DNA of 64,000 nucleotides, taken from assembly GCA_965153355.1 (NCBI GenBank), contig OZ231126.1, forward strand, positions 45,260,001-45,324,000. Reading direction: 5' to 3'. The position numbers and the translations under genes are program-made. The notes beneath the pieces were generated by a model. The model was given only the letters and a program-made list of their open reading frames with translations, ran no database searches and had not been told where the DNA came from. This DNA is from Flaccisagitta enflata. Its lineage: Eukaryota. Shown one piece after another: positions 14,022-28,011 of this stretch (its first letter is position 1; each line of letters begins with the position of its first letter).

Positions 14022-14528
14022 GGGTGCGTTTCTACTCAAAGCCAGAAACGCGTTTTCCAGGGAGGTTTTACAATTCGCGATTTTCACCACCCTCATCCTA
14101 AAAAAATATTGGCTTCTTGCAGGGATTGAACCCACGCTCAAAAGCAATATTTTCCATTAGGCTAGAGGCTTACACCTTAACCAACTGCGTCATTGAGACA
14201 TTCCCACTACATTAAAGATTACTCCTGGTAAAGTTGTTTAATAGAGAGGCAATTGAATAAGATAGCCATTACAGAACTGAACCCCCATAAATTGATCCAA
14301 AGTTATAGATTAAGGCCACCGAAATTCCAGTAATTTGAGTGATTGCCCTAATGGCGTGGTTGGTAAGGATGCTGAATTCATTTGTAAGGAAGCTGAATCA
14401 ATAAAGCAGCTTGAAGAGGGTTCGAATCTACCTTGTAGCTCAACTTTTTTCAGGGAGAGTGAAGTAAAATCGCGATTTGCAAAACCCACATTAGAAACGC
14501 GTTTGTGTCTTTGAGTAGAAACACACCC
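14022..14528. mobile_element. MITE with GGGTG termini, 3-bp AAT TSD and tRNA-like sequence in both arms
   Basis: TIR gggtgcgtttctactcaaagccagaaacgcgttt / aaacgcgtttgtgtctttgagtagaaacacaccc; AAT at 14019-14021 and 14529-14531. Confidence 0.85.
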
Positions 14529-15093
14529 AATAACAGGGACATTGTGGTCTGATGTAAGAAACATAATCTTATAGACAAAGGATTACCGATCAAAATTCTT
14601 AATAACTCGAGCCAATAAAAAAAACAATGTCGGTGTTTCGCGGCGGGGATGTCATCGTGATGACGTGGCGGTGTAGCCTATGGATAGAAGGTTTCTTTTT
14701 TATGAAAGGCTTCGTTTTTGCGGATTCTAAAAATGGTTGGGATTCCGTTTTTGACCTTTTTAGCCCCCGTCATCAAAGGCTTAAGGAAAGCTTAGGTCAG
14801 TTATGGCCGAAATTCGATTTCATGAGGAAAAAAGTTATGAGCTGCGCAGGAGGAGGAGGAAGAGGACGGCAAGGAGGAGGACATGACAGAGGTGGGAGGA
14901 GAGGTTAAGGGGCCGCGAGGGGAAAGGGAAATAGGTAGATAGCGGATAGGGGGTAAGTGGATTTAAAAAAAGACAGACCGATCCAAAGATCCACCATCAG
15001 TTCTATTTTCACCTTTTTTTTTTCTTTTTTTTTTTTTATTTGTTTTGTTTCTTGTTTTTTGTTTGTTTTTGTTATTTTGGTTTTTTGTTTTTT

Positions 15094-15591
15094 GGAGCCT
15101 ATTCTGACCCAAATTCTGCCAAATAGCCAAAATCCAAGCAATATGGCCAAAATCTAAGCAAAATGGCCCAAATCTGGCCAGAAAACCCCAATTCCGGCCT
15201 GAGGTCCATTATTTTGGCCCCCTATGTTGTGGCCTCCGATACAAAGATTCTGATCAGATTTGGGCCATTTTGCTAGGATATGGGCCATTTTGCTTGGATT
15301 TGGGCCATTATGCTTGGATTTGGGTCATTTTGCTTAGATTTCGGCCATATTGCTTAGATTTTGGCTATTTGGCAGAATTTGGGTGAGAATAGGCCCCAAA
15401 TGAGACAAAGCCCTGCCTGAGGATGGGGCGGGGAGGGACGAACGGACGGACGGATGGACAGATTCCCCATTTGTTTTACAGGACTTCGTCCCCCTTGGGG
15501 CCACTGTCCTGCTCCCCCTCAACTTAAATCACACACTACTCAAACAGGGCAGTGGTACCGCTGATCACTTATCGCCTTTGGGCTACTATTT
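15094..15591 (+). mobile_element. Family B element, one end truncated, mirrored 20-bp TGGGCCATTTTGCTTGGATT repeats
   Basis: 15094-15172 is the reverse complement of about 15320-15398; acaggacttcgtcccc and the tail match other B copies. A further B-end fragment lies at 15612-15669. Confidence 0.8.
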
Positions 15592-16136
15592 TGTTGTTGG
15601 TTTTTTTCTCGTTTTTGGGCAGCGGCCCCGAAGGGGTCGATGACCTATGCTTTCACACATATGGGGGAACAGGACGCGTTTTTGAAATGGTGAAGAGGGG
15701 GATTTGAACGGAGATAAATTAGGATGGCGAGGTTATGACCCAGAATGCAGAATAGATTCAAAATGAAAAAGTGATGTGGGGCATTTTGCAAAATGATGTC
15801 ATTGGTCAAGACTCGAAACAGTCATCTAAGTTGGCTTCATCACGGAAAGAACATCGGATGAGTGAACCCTGAAAAGTGAACAGTCTGATGAAAGATTTGA
15901 TATCGTGGGTGATTGATACTTGCTCGTGTTACTGAACACGGTTGACGTTGACCATCTGTGATCTTACATCCATGATTGGCGATATAACCACCCGTATCTT
16001 TTTTGTTGGTTGCTCGGTTGGTCAGTCCGAAACATGCATAAACATATTTGCCAAACAAGACCCCGGGCGTAACCCTTGGCCAACTGTCAGCTCCACTGCC
16101 AGCCTCTGTCCTCAAATATGGTTCAACATTGTCCAG

Positions 16137-16485
16137 CCTCCTTTCTCCTCAACATAATCTTTCACTTGCTCTCCAGACTCCACCTCCTTTGTCCCCACAT
16201 TCCTCAGACCTGTCCCTGACCAATCATCTCACTACCTCCCCCCCCCGCCCCCTTTCCTCCAATACATCTTTCACATGCCCCTCTTTCTCGCCTTTTCTTC
16301 CGCTGTCCTTCCTCCTTTCTCTTCATCATAATCTTTCACTTGCTCTTCACCTCCTTTGTCCCCTTATTCCTCAGACCTGTCCCTGACCAATCATTTCTTT
16401 CCCTCCTCCGCCCCCCCCCACCCCCTTTCCTCCAATACATCATCTTTCACATGCTCCTCTATCTCGCCTTTTCTTCCGCTGTCCT
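16137..16485. repeat. Tandem duplication of about 175 bp, pyrimidine-rich
   Basis: cataatctttcacttgctc...cctcagacctgtccctgaccaatcat...tcgccttttcttccgctgtcct occurs twice. Confidence 0.85.
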
Positions 16486-16648
16486 CAGACCTCAATGATG
16501 CCGAAAATCCACTGAAATTCCTTCTTCCTTCATTTTTTGACGCGAAAAATGAGCTTTTCTTAGCCGCGATAAGGAACACACAGATTCTGAGAGAGGGGCC
16601 AAGCGACAGATGGACATTAACTTATGGGAAGGAGATTGAGAAAACGAC

Positions 16649-16779
<131 letters not shown>

Positions 16780-17069
16780 AAAAAACAGACAAACAGGCAG
16801 ACCGACAAACCAACAGGCAGGCAGATACACAGAAGCAAGGACAGACATATAGATGGATTGACAGCAACAGGCTGAACGATTGAGGAAATCGGGAGAAAAG
16901 AGGGGAAAACAACAAAAAGCAATATTGTTAATTGATACAAAACAATATGAACAAACAAGAAAAAGACAGATGACTAGATAAACAGACTTATAAAGAACAA
17001 TGAGACACACTCACAGAGACAAAGAATGTCTGTAAAGCAGACAGACAAAGGAGAGTCGGAGACAGATAG

Positions 17070-17671
17070 AATACGTAGTCGCAAAAGCGTTTGATGGTCA
17101 TCGGTACCCGTGCCCTGCCTAAGTAGATTGTGCATAAAGTTGAAGGGGGAGCAGGGCAGCTGCCCCAAAGCGGTTGATGACCTAGGCTTTCACACATATG
17201 GGGAATTTTCTCCTCCCACCTCCACCCCCCCAGTCAGGAGGTTCAAATCCCAGTTCAAACACCCAAATCCCAGTCTCCTGGCCCAAATCCCAGTCTCCTG
17301 GCCCAAATCCTAGCCTGGAGACCCAAATCCTAGCCTGGAGGCCCAAACCCTAGCCTGGAGGCCCAAATTCTAGCCTTGAGGCCTCAAGGCTGAGATTTGG
17401 GCCTTTTGGCTGGGATTAGGACCTCGAGGCTGAGATTTGGGCCTCAAGGCTGGGATTTGAGCCTGAAGGATTAGATTTGGGCCTCAAAATTGGGATTTGG
17501 GCCTTGACGCCAGGATTTGGGCCACAAGACTGGGATTTGGGTCTTGGGACTGGGATTTGAGCCTCGAGATGGGGGGGGGGGGACGAATGGACGGACGGAT
17601 GTAAGAGGAAATAATTCCCCATATGTGTGAAAGCATAGGTCGTCGACCCCTTCGGAGCCGCTGCCCAAAAA
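17070..17671 (-). mobile_element. Family B foldback element, third subfamily, head-to-head 20-bp arrays
   Basis: Inverted arms span 17154-17666 (gctttcacacatatggggaatt / aattccccatatgtgtgaaagc); perfect loopless centre AGCCTTGAGG|CCTCAAGGCT at 17372-17391. Confidence 0.88.
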
Positions 17672-18855
17672 GGAAGAAAGACAAACCGAGGAAGACGCCT
17701 TCATATGCTTTTCTTAATATGTCATCTTTTGTCTTTTATTTAATTCATCGAATTTGGCGTCGTGTTCATCTTTCATTTTTCTGCATCTCGACGCTGATTG
17801 GTTAAGTCTTTTGCGAAGGCGTTTGTGATTCGTTGGCTTCCTTTGGTGGACTAATGGGTGGCATGGTACACCCAAGAGGCGCGGCAGCCCAAAAATCCGG
17901 CGCGGCTTGGGAAAACTGACCTTTCAAATATATTTCTTTATGATTTCCGATTTTTGCCTTTTCCCGAGGAAGAAAGGAATCTGATATATACGGAAGGCAT
18001 CCCAAGCGCATAGAGAAGCCCAGATGGGTGCCGGATCCCAGAGGAACAGTTTTGGTGGGAGACGTGAGGGGGAGGTGAAAGGGATGTTTCAAATGGGGCT
18101 AAGCTAAGACTTGTTAGGGTATTTGCGAGCTGGAAAAGAAAGGCTTTGTTTGAGACATTGAATCATTGAGGTACAATATTATATGACAATCATTGAATAT
18201 CTAAGAGAAAAAAAAACAATTTTTTTCTAGATATGACACAATCATTTATTTCCTGACCACGCTCAGCATTACGAGTGCTCGCCATTGCTTTGGCCCAATG
18301 ATTCTATCTGAGCGGTAATCAGTTTTACACAAAAGGAAAAGATTTGAGAAGAAACTCCTCAGTTTTCTACTTGGAAACATAGTTAATTCAACGTAGCGCG
18401 TGGATAGAAAACCGGACAGAAATGAAGAAATCTAGAGAGATAGTATGGAGGAACAGAGAGAGAAAGTATCAGACAGACTGACAGACAGATCAACAGACAG
18501 ACAGAGTGTTAGATACACAGAGAAGGATGAAAGGCAATCAGACAGGCGGTCAGAAAGGCTGTTGAACAATATACAGAAACAGTGATGAGGACAGTCAAAA
18601 GGATAAAAACAGAAAGAACGAAAGAACGAGATGGAGAAAAAAAAAAGACAGGTTACGTGAAGGGTTGAGACAAAGGAAAAGGGAAAGGAGAGGGAGTTAG
18701 TTGTCTCGATGACGTAAACATTGAAAGTAAACAAAAGAGCATTTAGCAACGGATGTCTAGACAGCAGACGACGTGTAACGAGTTGACGAGACAGAAACAA
18801 TGAAATGGGGAACCTTGGGAAAGGTATTTTCTATGGTGCTATCAACCGTGGAAGT

Positions 18856-18955
<100 letters not shown>

Positions 18956-19069
18956 TATAAAAATGGAAACAAAATGAGGATGACGATATAGAAAAGGAGC
19001 TCATCGCTTGACAATGCTTGGCTGAAATCTTGTCGCCATTCTCGACGTCAATGTCTTTGTCTGTCCCTA

Positions 19070-19070
19070 G

Positions 19071-19169
<99 letters not shown>

Positions 19170-19203
19170 CTATTTCTTTACGTTGGTTATTGGTTGGCTA
19201 GTT

Positions 19204-19290
<87 letters not shown>

Positions 19291-19370
19291 TGTGTGAGTG
19301 TGTTGTGTGTGTGTTGTTGTTTTGTTTTCTATTTCTTTACGGATTTTGGTTGGCTAGTTTAGTGTGTGCG

Positions 19371-19457
<87 letters not shown>
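19070..19457. repeat. (TTG)n and two (TG)n tracts with a duplicated spacer
   Basis: tttctatttctttacg...ttggttggctagtt occurs near 19167 and 19326. Confidence 0.9.
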
Positions 19458-19463
<6 letters not shown>

Positions 19464-19504
19464 ACGTGTTTGTGAACGTGAGCGTGTGTGTCCGCACGGA
19501 GCTA

Positions 19505-20273
19505 CAGTATGTTTTCTCACGTTTGTAAAATTGTATGACGACGTAACTCAAAAAGTAGTAGAGATAATTGACTTCTGAAAAAAGTTCCTGGAAGGAATGA
19601 AAGATGCATTTTACGATGTGTAACTCCCTGGACTTTTTGACAAATATCTGAACCTCATGACACAGGAAGAAATGTTGATCAAAAACAGCAAAAAAAAACA
19701 GTTATGTTAGGTTTTTAGTATGACTTTTTTGTTTAAGTTGCTCTTATTTCTAAATAAATTGAGCTACAGATACCAGATTGGTCTCAAATTAAAGCTAATT
19801 TACAGTATTTTTAAGAAATACAATAAAGAAAATTTTTTTTCTACAAAATCCCAAATTTGGCATGAAGAAAATTTGTTTCCTAATCAAAATTCTAATCAAG
19901 AGTTGATTCATTGTTCACACAATACTCTAAGATATCAAATGAGCATTTCAACTATAGTTTTCTTAAAAACTACTTGAAAATACCTTCCATCTGAAACCAA
20001 TCTGGTGTCAGTAGCTCAAACCATTTAGAAATGAGAGCAGTTTAAAGGGAAACAGTACATTTGACAAGGCTTTACAAATGAATAGTTTGGATAGGATGAC
20101 GTCTTGCTCTGAATATGTTCAAAGGATCAAACTTTTGTAAAAAAATCCTGGCATTTAGATATCATAAAATGCATCTACTATATCTCTCAGGGGCATTTTA
20201 CGGAAATCAATTATCTAAACTAGTTTTTGAGTAACATCGTCATAGAATTTTACAAACGAGAAAAAACATACTG
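19505..20273. mobile_element. Tc1/mariner-type MITE with long imperfect inverted arms
   Basis: TA|CAGTATGTTTT...AAAACATACTG|TA; arm similarity extends roughly 290 bp (gagctacagataccagattgg / ccaatctggtgtcagtagctc). Confidence 0.88.
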
Positions 20274-20373
20274 TATGAGCCCTCTACCTCTTTCTCGTTG
20301 TCTACGTCATCACGCTTTCACTATCTCTCTCCGTTCTCCTCCCTCCCACCTTCACCACCACTCCAACCGTCTC

Positions 20374-20415
<42 letters not shown>

Positions 20416-20641
20416 CTCCCTTTCCCTCTCGTTCTCCCCTTCGTGCGTACTTGAAAATTCCAGGATTGAGTGGGTCTAATCAATTTCCTTCTTCTCCACG
20501 ACAGGAGAGAGGAAAACTTTGAACGAAGGTAAACACAATCGTCAAAAATCTCTCCAAATTTCAAGAGTTTTTTGCCTTAGCATCATTGATCATCTACCAC
20601 GAGTAAACATTCCATGGCCTTTGTTTATGAGAGACGAACAA

Positions 20642-20710
<69 letters not shown>

Positions 20711-20856
20711 TGTTCCCCACTGTCATTTCCTCACTATTTTTCATCATTTTCCATTTTACGTATTTTTTCCTGTCTTTTTCTCTCTCATTTCTTATTGACT
20801 GTTTCACCTCACTTCACTTGACGTCTTCAAGTAGACGCATAGTCGCATACACGAAA

Positions 20857-20972
20857 TTTTTAGGTGCGACAAAGCACCTCTACAACTGGCTGTGTCCGTT
20901 GGTCGGTCGGTTGGGTAACGCATTCGTTCGACGATCTACACGTCGCACCTTATTGGCCTACTTGGCCTAGTT
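20857..20972 (+). mobile_element. HINE-like family D (about 115 bp)
   Basis: ttttAGGTGCgacaaaGCACCT hairpin, GTCG repeats, 3' subTIR gtcgcacct, GGCCtacttGGCC hairpin. Confidence 0.85.
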
Positions 20973-21406
20973 TACTCCATTTATTTCTTTCTCTTTCTTC
21001 CTTTTCACTTTTTTTTGCACGTGACGTCTACAATGCTGGATGATTATATGATGTTATCTCATAGGCTGATTGTCGTTTGCCGCCAGATTTTTGCCGTGAA
21101 AAAAAAAAAAGACTGAAAATTTGACCAAGCAGAATTTTGCAATCAATTTTATTCTCCATGGCTTGGTCGTGACTTTTCAAGTTTGCAACTTACCTGTCGA
21201 GGAAAATGATTGGATGTGAATGGCTCTGCCCAGACTTTTTGGTCGGTAGGTCGTATCTATTTCAGCTCTGGCCCATCCCAGCTTATTTGCCACCTGTGCC
21301 CGACTTTCTTTTATGTCATTATGACTTTCGGTTAACTCATCAATGGATGAATTTATTGATAATGATAGATTTATCATTGATTGATTGATTGATTGACTTT
21401 TTGATC

Positions 21407-21493
<87 letters not shown>

Positions 21494-22399
21494 ACTACAT
21501 TTATTCACCCTCCGTCTCCCATTCAATAGCTTTTTTGTTAGATCCTCCTCTAGTTTACTCCCACTTACATGCACCCTCTACTCTTCATCCCGCCATCCTT
21601 CTCTTTTAAGCACGTTTACCTTTTTCGTTTCCCCCTCTTAACAAAAACTAACGTTTACTAGGCGTGCATGTTCTCTCCAGTTTCAACTCTTGAGGAAGAC
21701 TCAAGAAAGGTACTTGGAGCTAAAAAGTAAAGAACAGGAAAGAGAAGAAAAAAATCCTTCAAGACAATTCATCTCACTTTTACTCTCGTTCCTGCTTTCT
21801 GCCTCTCGCCCGCTCTCAGAAAAGGTTCAAACCTCGACTTTTTCACCGATTTTCCTGTTTACAAAAAAAAGGAGAAAAAATGGGACCCGAGGAGAAGGTG
21901 GCAAATGGGGTATGTGGGGTAAGTGGGGGCGGAATGACAGGTGGGGAGGTGCAGTGACAAATTCAGGAACTGCCGGCTCTGAGGCGGGTGGGGAGATGGG
22001 GAGATGGGGTGACAGATAAGGTGAGAGTAGGAATGACGGCGGTGGTAAGGAAGGTGACGAGGTGTTGAAGAATGAATGCACTGGAGTGTGCGCCCCCGGG
22101 GAGAGAGGTGGGGAGATGGTGACAAATTGTTAAAAAGGCGTCGGTGAGGTAGGGAAGGGAGGAGGGTTTGACAGGGGGGGGGGGGAAAGCGGTTAAGTAG
22201 GGAAGCGAAAACTAATCAATTCCAAAAAGGTTGTAGGAGAAAGCGCTTGAGTGAGATGAACGATGAGGGAACACAGCGGTCGAGACAAGAGGAGTGAATA
22301 GCGTTTTCATTCTTTGTCTTTGATTGATTTTGACCATATTTCTTGCTCGTCAGTTACGGCCAGTACTTCAGCTTATGAGTCTGTCGGTCTGTAAGTCCA

Positions 22400-22473
<74 letters not shown>

Positions 22474-22872
22474 CTCTCTTTTTCCTTCTTTAACCTGGTC
22501 TGTTGATAGAAGCTTTTCCACCACCCAAGAAGATTTCAATTTACTTTCTCTTCATCATCTAATCATCACTACGGCCCGCCACCTGATTCAACCATTTTTC
22601 AAAACTCAAAGAATAAACTTTGCGCGTAGAAGAAAAAGGTTTACCATCGATTCGCGGCTTCCCTTTTACTTCGATTTTTTCTTCCATTTCTTTATTTTTA
22701 CAACTGGATTCCTCTTTTTTTATTCCTTTTTCATTCTTCCTGGTGTGCATTTACAACGGACGTCCGACGAGGGAACGTGGCGTAGGTGAAAAATTACGGG
22801 AAAAGTTCACGCGGCCGATAGGTTGGAGCTACACCATATACCCACATGAAAAGTGTGAAAACGTACATTTTA

Positions 22873-23140
22873 GAACGAACGAACGAACGAACAAACAAAC
22901 AAACAAACAAACAAACAAACAAACAAACAAACAAACAAACAAACAAACAAACAAACAAACAAACAAACAAACAAACAAACAAATAAACAAGCAAACAAAC
23001 AACAAACAAACAAACGAACGAACGAACGAACGAACGAACGAACGAACGAACGAACGAACGAACGAACGAACGAACGAACGAACAATCGAAGGAACGAACG
23101 GACGAACGAACGAATGAACAAACAAACAAACGAACGAACG
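22873..23140. repeat. Compound (AAAC)n/(AACG)n microsatellite
   Basis: Directly visible. Confidence 0.95.
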
Positions 23141-23729
23141 AAAGAACATTCAATGTATGAGGAGTTAAACAAATTGAAAAGTAAAAGCAATGCGAACTAC
23201 TCAGTCAAGAAAAATGTTGCACAACTCATAAATCATGCATCTAGCTAATCAGGCATTGTGCATGTAAGAAATATTCTTTCGACTATAAATACCAACTCCG
23301 TTTAACTTTGAGCTCTTGGTTATTTTTACATCGCAATGATTTGGGCTCAAAAACAAAACGTACGAAATCTCAGGCCCCTCCATCCACAATTATCCTCTTC
23401 CCCATCCGGCTATTCCTCCTTCTTTCCCCAACACCCACTCCCCAATCCTCGATTTCTTATGTATGGTTGCCCGTGAGCCAGCTTTCTTGCTCACTTTCCT
23501 TGTGAGTGCAAAAGTGCGCTCATCTTTTGTTTGCTCTCTTGATGAGAGGGGTTGACATTCGTCCTTCGCTTCCACCTCTTTTTCCTCTTCCTCTCCCTCA
23601 TCATTTTCCTCTTTTTCTTCTTGTACCTCTCCGTCTTTTTCTTGTTCTTATCCTTGTTGTTGATCTTGTTCACATTTTTGTTTTTTTCTTCTTATTCAAA
23701 ATATTCTGCTCTTTCTTCGCCTTATCTTT

Positions 23730-23833
23730 CTTCTACTTCTTTTTCTTCCTCTTCGTCTTCATTTTCTTCTTCTTCTTCTTCTTCTTCTTCTTCTTCTTCT
23801 TCTTCTTCTTCTTCTTCTTCTTCTTCTTCTTCT

Positions 23834-23880
<47 letters not shown>

Positions 23881-24145
23881 TTCTTCTTCTTCTTCTTCTT
23901 CTTCTTCTTCTTCTTCTTCTTCTTCTTCTTCTTCCTCTTCCTCTTCTTCTTCTTCTTCTTCTTCTTCTTTCTCTCCGTCTTTTTCTTCTTCTTCTTCTTT
24001 ATTTTCTTTTTCTTCTTCTTCTTGCCTTTCTTGTTCTTCTTCTTGCCTTTCTTGTTCTTCTTCTTCTTCTTCTTCTTCTTCTTCTTCTTCTTCTTCTTCT
24101 TCTTCTTCTTCTTCTTCTTCTTCTTCTTCTTCTTCTTCTTCTTTT
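23730..24145. repeat. (TTC)n microsatellite
   Basis: Directly visible. Confidence 0.95.
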
Positions 24146-24679
24146 TTTTTTCTCCCTCTTCTACTTCTACCTCTTCTTCTTGTTCTTCATCTTCTCTTCC
24201 TTCTCCTCCTTTCTTTTTCTTCTCGCCATCTTTTTCGTTCCTACAATCTTCCACCCCTCCCCCACATCTTCCTCACCCTCGTCTTCTCGATGGTGTCCAT
24301 GTGACATCCTGCCGCCTCTTACAAGGGAAACGTGAACGATTCTTGGAAAAGCGACGTGCTTTTTCGTCTCCTTCTTCACACAACCAAGGTTGTAGAGTGC
24401 AGAGGCATAAATCAATAAGGATGTGAGTGGATCACGTGACCCAAGGGCCCACGTGAGACACAACAGCACCAACAACGCGAGATCTTCCCTTGTTTTATTG
24501 TTTTAAAGAAGAAGAAAAAAAAACACACAAAACACAGTGATGATCATGCGATTTGGTGAAAACGCGAAGAAAAAACACCGTGTAAGAAGCTAGTAACATC
24601 TTGACAGGGAAAGAGATGGCTTATACTCTCGGCAGAAACGAGAAAAAAATGCATGACCGAACGATAAACCGACCGACTG

Positions 24680-24721
24680 GATGATGATGATGATGATGAT
24701 GACGATGACGATGACGAGGAC

Positions 24722-24795
<74 letters not shown>

Positions 24796-24830
24796 CGATG
24801 ACGATGACGATGCTGATGACGATGATGATG

Positions 24831-24862
<32 letters not shown>

Positions 24863-24868
24863 GATGAT
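24680..24868. repeat. (ATG)n/(ACG)n microsatellite
   Basis: Directly visible. Confidence 0.95.
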
Positions 24869-25597
24869 CCCATCCCATAACATCTATAACCCATCCTTAT
24901 GTATCGGTATGTCTCCTCTCAACCTGCCCCCACTCTTAGCTTCCATTTAATGACTCCTTCTCCCTCGTCCTCCCCTCGTCCACTTTCCCCCTCGTTCTTC
25001 TCTCATTTCTTTTTGTGTTGATCAAATTTCTGTTCCAAGTTGGTTTCTTGTTACTCCTTTCATCGGTTGATAACGGGCTTAACCGCGACGTATAAAAAAA
25101 CTCAAATCAAACATCCAAGATCAGCTTTTAACCTCTTTGCTCTTCTTTCAAACATTTTCAATTCTCCTTCGACCCTATGAAGAAATGGATGAAGAAAGTC
25201 CTCTTAAAAAAAAAGAAGAAAGAGAGAGAAAACGTTTGTTGCTTGAGTGTACTCTTGGACGTGTCCTTCGCGCGACACTCGATTATTTCTATTTCCAAAT
25301 TTACTATTTTGTCCTTCGTCTGTTTGTCCTTTGTCCTCTTGTCCCTTGTCCTTTGCCCCATGACATCAAAGGATTCCTCTCGCATTCACAGCTTGACACC
25401 TCGGTTTTCAGATGATAAAAAAAAGTCTGATGACAATGTACTATGCAATATATGAATTCCACGCGTTGCATGTTAGTATCAATCGCCCAAAATCAAACCT
25501 TCTCTTTATCTTTCTGCTGCTATTCCCCCGGTCAGTCAGTCCATCTGCCTGTCTGCCATTTTTGTCTCTGTCTGTCTTTCCCACTCTGTCTCTCTGA

Positions 25598-25685
<88 letters not shown>

Positions 25686-26425
25686 GCATATTTTCTTCCA
25701 TCAAGTCTGTTGCGACGATGACAAAGTTTACTTTCTGAAAGTTTGCTGAGGTAAAAGGGAGTCCATGACTCCTCCAACAATTCCCCCCTTCTCCTCCTCC
25801 TCCTCCTCCTCCACCTCCTCCTCTTCCGCCTCCTCTTCATCTTCCTCCTCACGTCTTCCTTCTTTCTCCTGCCCATGGACATGCCGATTTTAGCGGTTTT
25901 CACCTCCCCTTTCCATTTGCACTGATGGATGGAAATGGATGAGATGAATCATTTTGTCCATAAGATGATGCGCATTGTTTCCATTTCACAAGAATCCATT
26001 TGTAGGAGCGCTCATCTACGCTGTTTTCTGGGATGGCTTGCACGGTGATTAATATCATATGCTTTCTTTGTTAATATGAGAAAAAACACATGTAGCAATG
26101 AGCCAAGAGCTGGGTGCGACAGTAGAGAGTAGACAGGAAAAAAAAAGAAGTAAGGAGTGTTGGCAAGAAGGGATTGTACAATGATCAGACCATCCCTAAG
26201 TGCCGTGCAAATCTCTCCCACCTAATCATATTCGTGTCCTCGCCTTCACTCCACTCCCGACTTCTTTTTCATTATCCCCCCCTCCTTTCCCATCTACTGC
26301 TATGTGTGTAACAGGAAGTCGAAGACGAGCGTGACAATCAGACAAGAAAAAAAAAAAAAAAAACGACGGGGAAGCAAGTGAAAAAAAAAGAAGAAAAAGA
26401 AGAGAAACGTGAAGATTGATGACAA

Positions 26426-26639
26426 AACAATGCCGGATACACGGCTACCCCAGTCGCGTGCAGGTGGGCAGGGGCGATATTTGAGGTCAGTGGAGCATTT
26501 GGGCAGGAGCGGTATAGCCAAAAACCCCATAAACGCCGAAAAAGTAAAGTGTGACGGACGGACAGACGGACGGACGCACGGACGGACAGACCGACGGACC
26601 GACACAGCGGGGTGTAGAGTCGCGTAGCACGCGAGTAAA
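26426..26639 (-). mobile_element. HINE family A copy
   Basis: Collinear with the 12673 and 45670 copies. Confidence 0.85.
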
Positions 26640-26676
26640 TATGAAACCGTTTCAATACGGTTTTTCTTATCTTCCG

Positions 26677-26783
26677 TTTTTAGGTGCGACAAAGCACCTC
26701 TATAACTGGCTGTGTCCGTCGGTCTGTAACACATTCGTTCGACGATCCACACTTCGCACCTTATTGGCCTACTTGGCCTTGTT
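26677..26783 (+). mobile_element. HINE family D copy
   Basis: Near-identical to 20857-20972. Confidence 0.85.
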
Positions 26784-27408
26784 GTCTTCAAGAAAGAGCA
26801 GTGATTGAGCCCTGATAGTTGTAATACTCTGCGTCCATCCGGTATTTTCCAGATGCGTTGATGATTGGTAATTTCTGCTTAAAAGGTACGACTTATGAAT
26901 TGAGTCGGTGCTTAGACAACTGTCTGTCTGTCTGTCTGGTCTGGTCAGGGCTATATCATAAGCTTGTATCCATATGTAATGAACGGCGAAAATACGATCG
27001 ACGTACAGACTGACCAAAAGATGGGCCAAACTCGAGGAGATCAAAGATACACGGTACTTGAGCAAAAGCCATATTTCATGAGCTGTTTTTTTTTGTTTGT
27101 TTTTTTGTTTTTTTTTTTTTCATGAGCTGGTCACCACTTGCTAAATATTATTGTTTTAATGTTTGCGTTGAAATGTGAAACGGACGCTGCGTTTGAGAAA
27201 ATCGGTGAAAAATGAAATATCAACACTTCACACGCTGTTATCAAAACACCTGTTTGGCTCATTATTTATGATACGCGAAGAAGCGCAGGATTAATTGTTG
27301 CTAATTGCTTATTATTTTTCACGGTTACAATTGATACGTTTTCATGACAGTTTCGCGTTCTGTTTTGGCGAGCAACGTTGTAAATGTAACTTCTCTTTCA
27401 AAAAAAAA

Positions 27409-27565
<157 letters not shown>

Positions 27566-28011
27566 AGTAGAGCGTTGAGTTGTATCATGTACTTTATAGC
27601 GTTCCTATACATTTCCGAATATGATCCCTTATTTGCGCCGATTCTCAGTGCAACCTGGACCCACCCTGTCATTTTTTTCCACGGATATTTTTTTTCGAAA
27701 CCCAATTTTGTAAAACAGATGGCAAATCGGGCGTGGATCTATAAGACCACTACGCAGAGAGTCATGATTCGATTCGCTGGTCGGAGGGACCGCAGCGCGC
27801 TGCCGAGAAAGCCGAGTCCCGCAGGTCAACGAGACCGTCCCAATCGGTGGACTTTAAAGTTTTACATAATCACAATGGCAACTTATTTCTTACTGCGCCA
27901 GCTCACCTCTATATGGGGCTCTGTCTGTGGTCAACTGGTGATATATCAATATTGATAAGTGAAAGTGAAATGCGTGTAAAACACTATTATAGGATATGCG
28001 AACGATATAGA

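Noticed and set aside
14111-14440. Functional tRNA genes (left arm has CTA at an anticodon-like position)
   Set aside because: Acceptor stems do not pair and both lie in MITE arms; reported only as tRNA-like promoter cassettes, not as a suppressor tRNA.
15840-16490. Minus-strand frames with acidic repeats and GQGLRPGSCLANMFM, faintly like a reverse-transcriptase motif
   Set aside because: Multiple stops and no YxDD or other RT motifs; resemblance too weak without a search.
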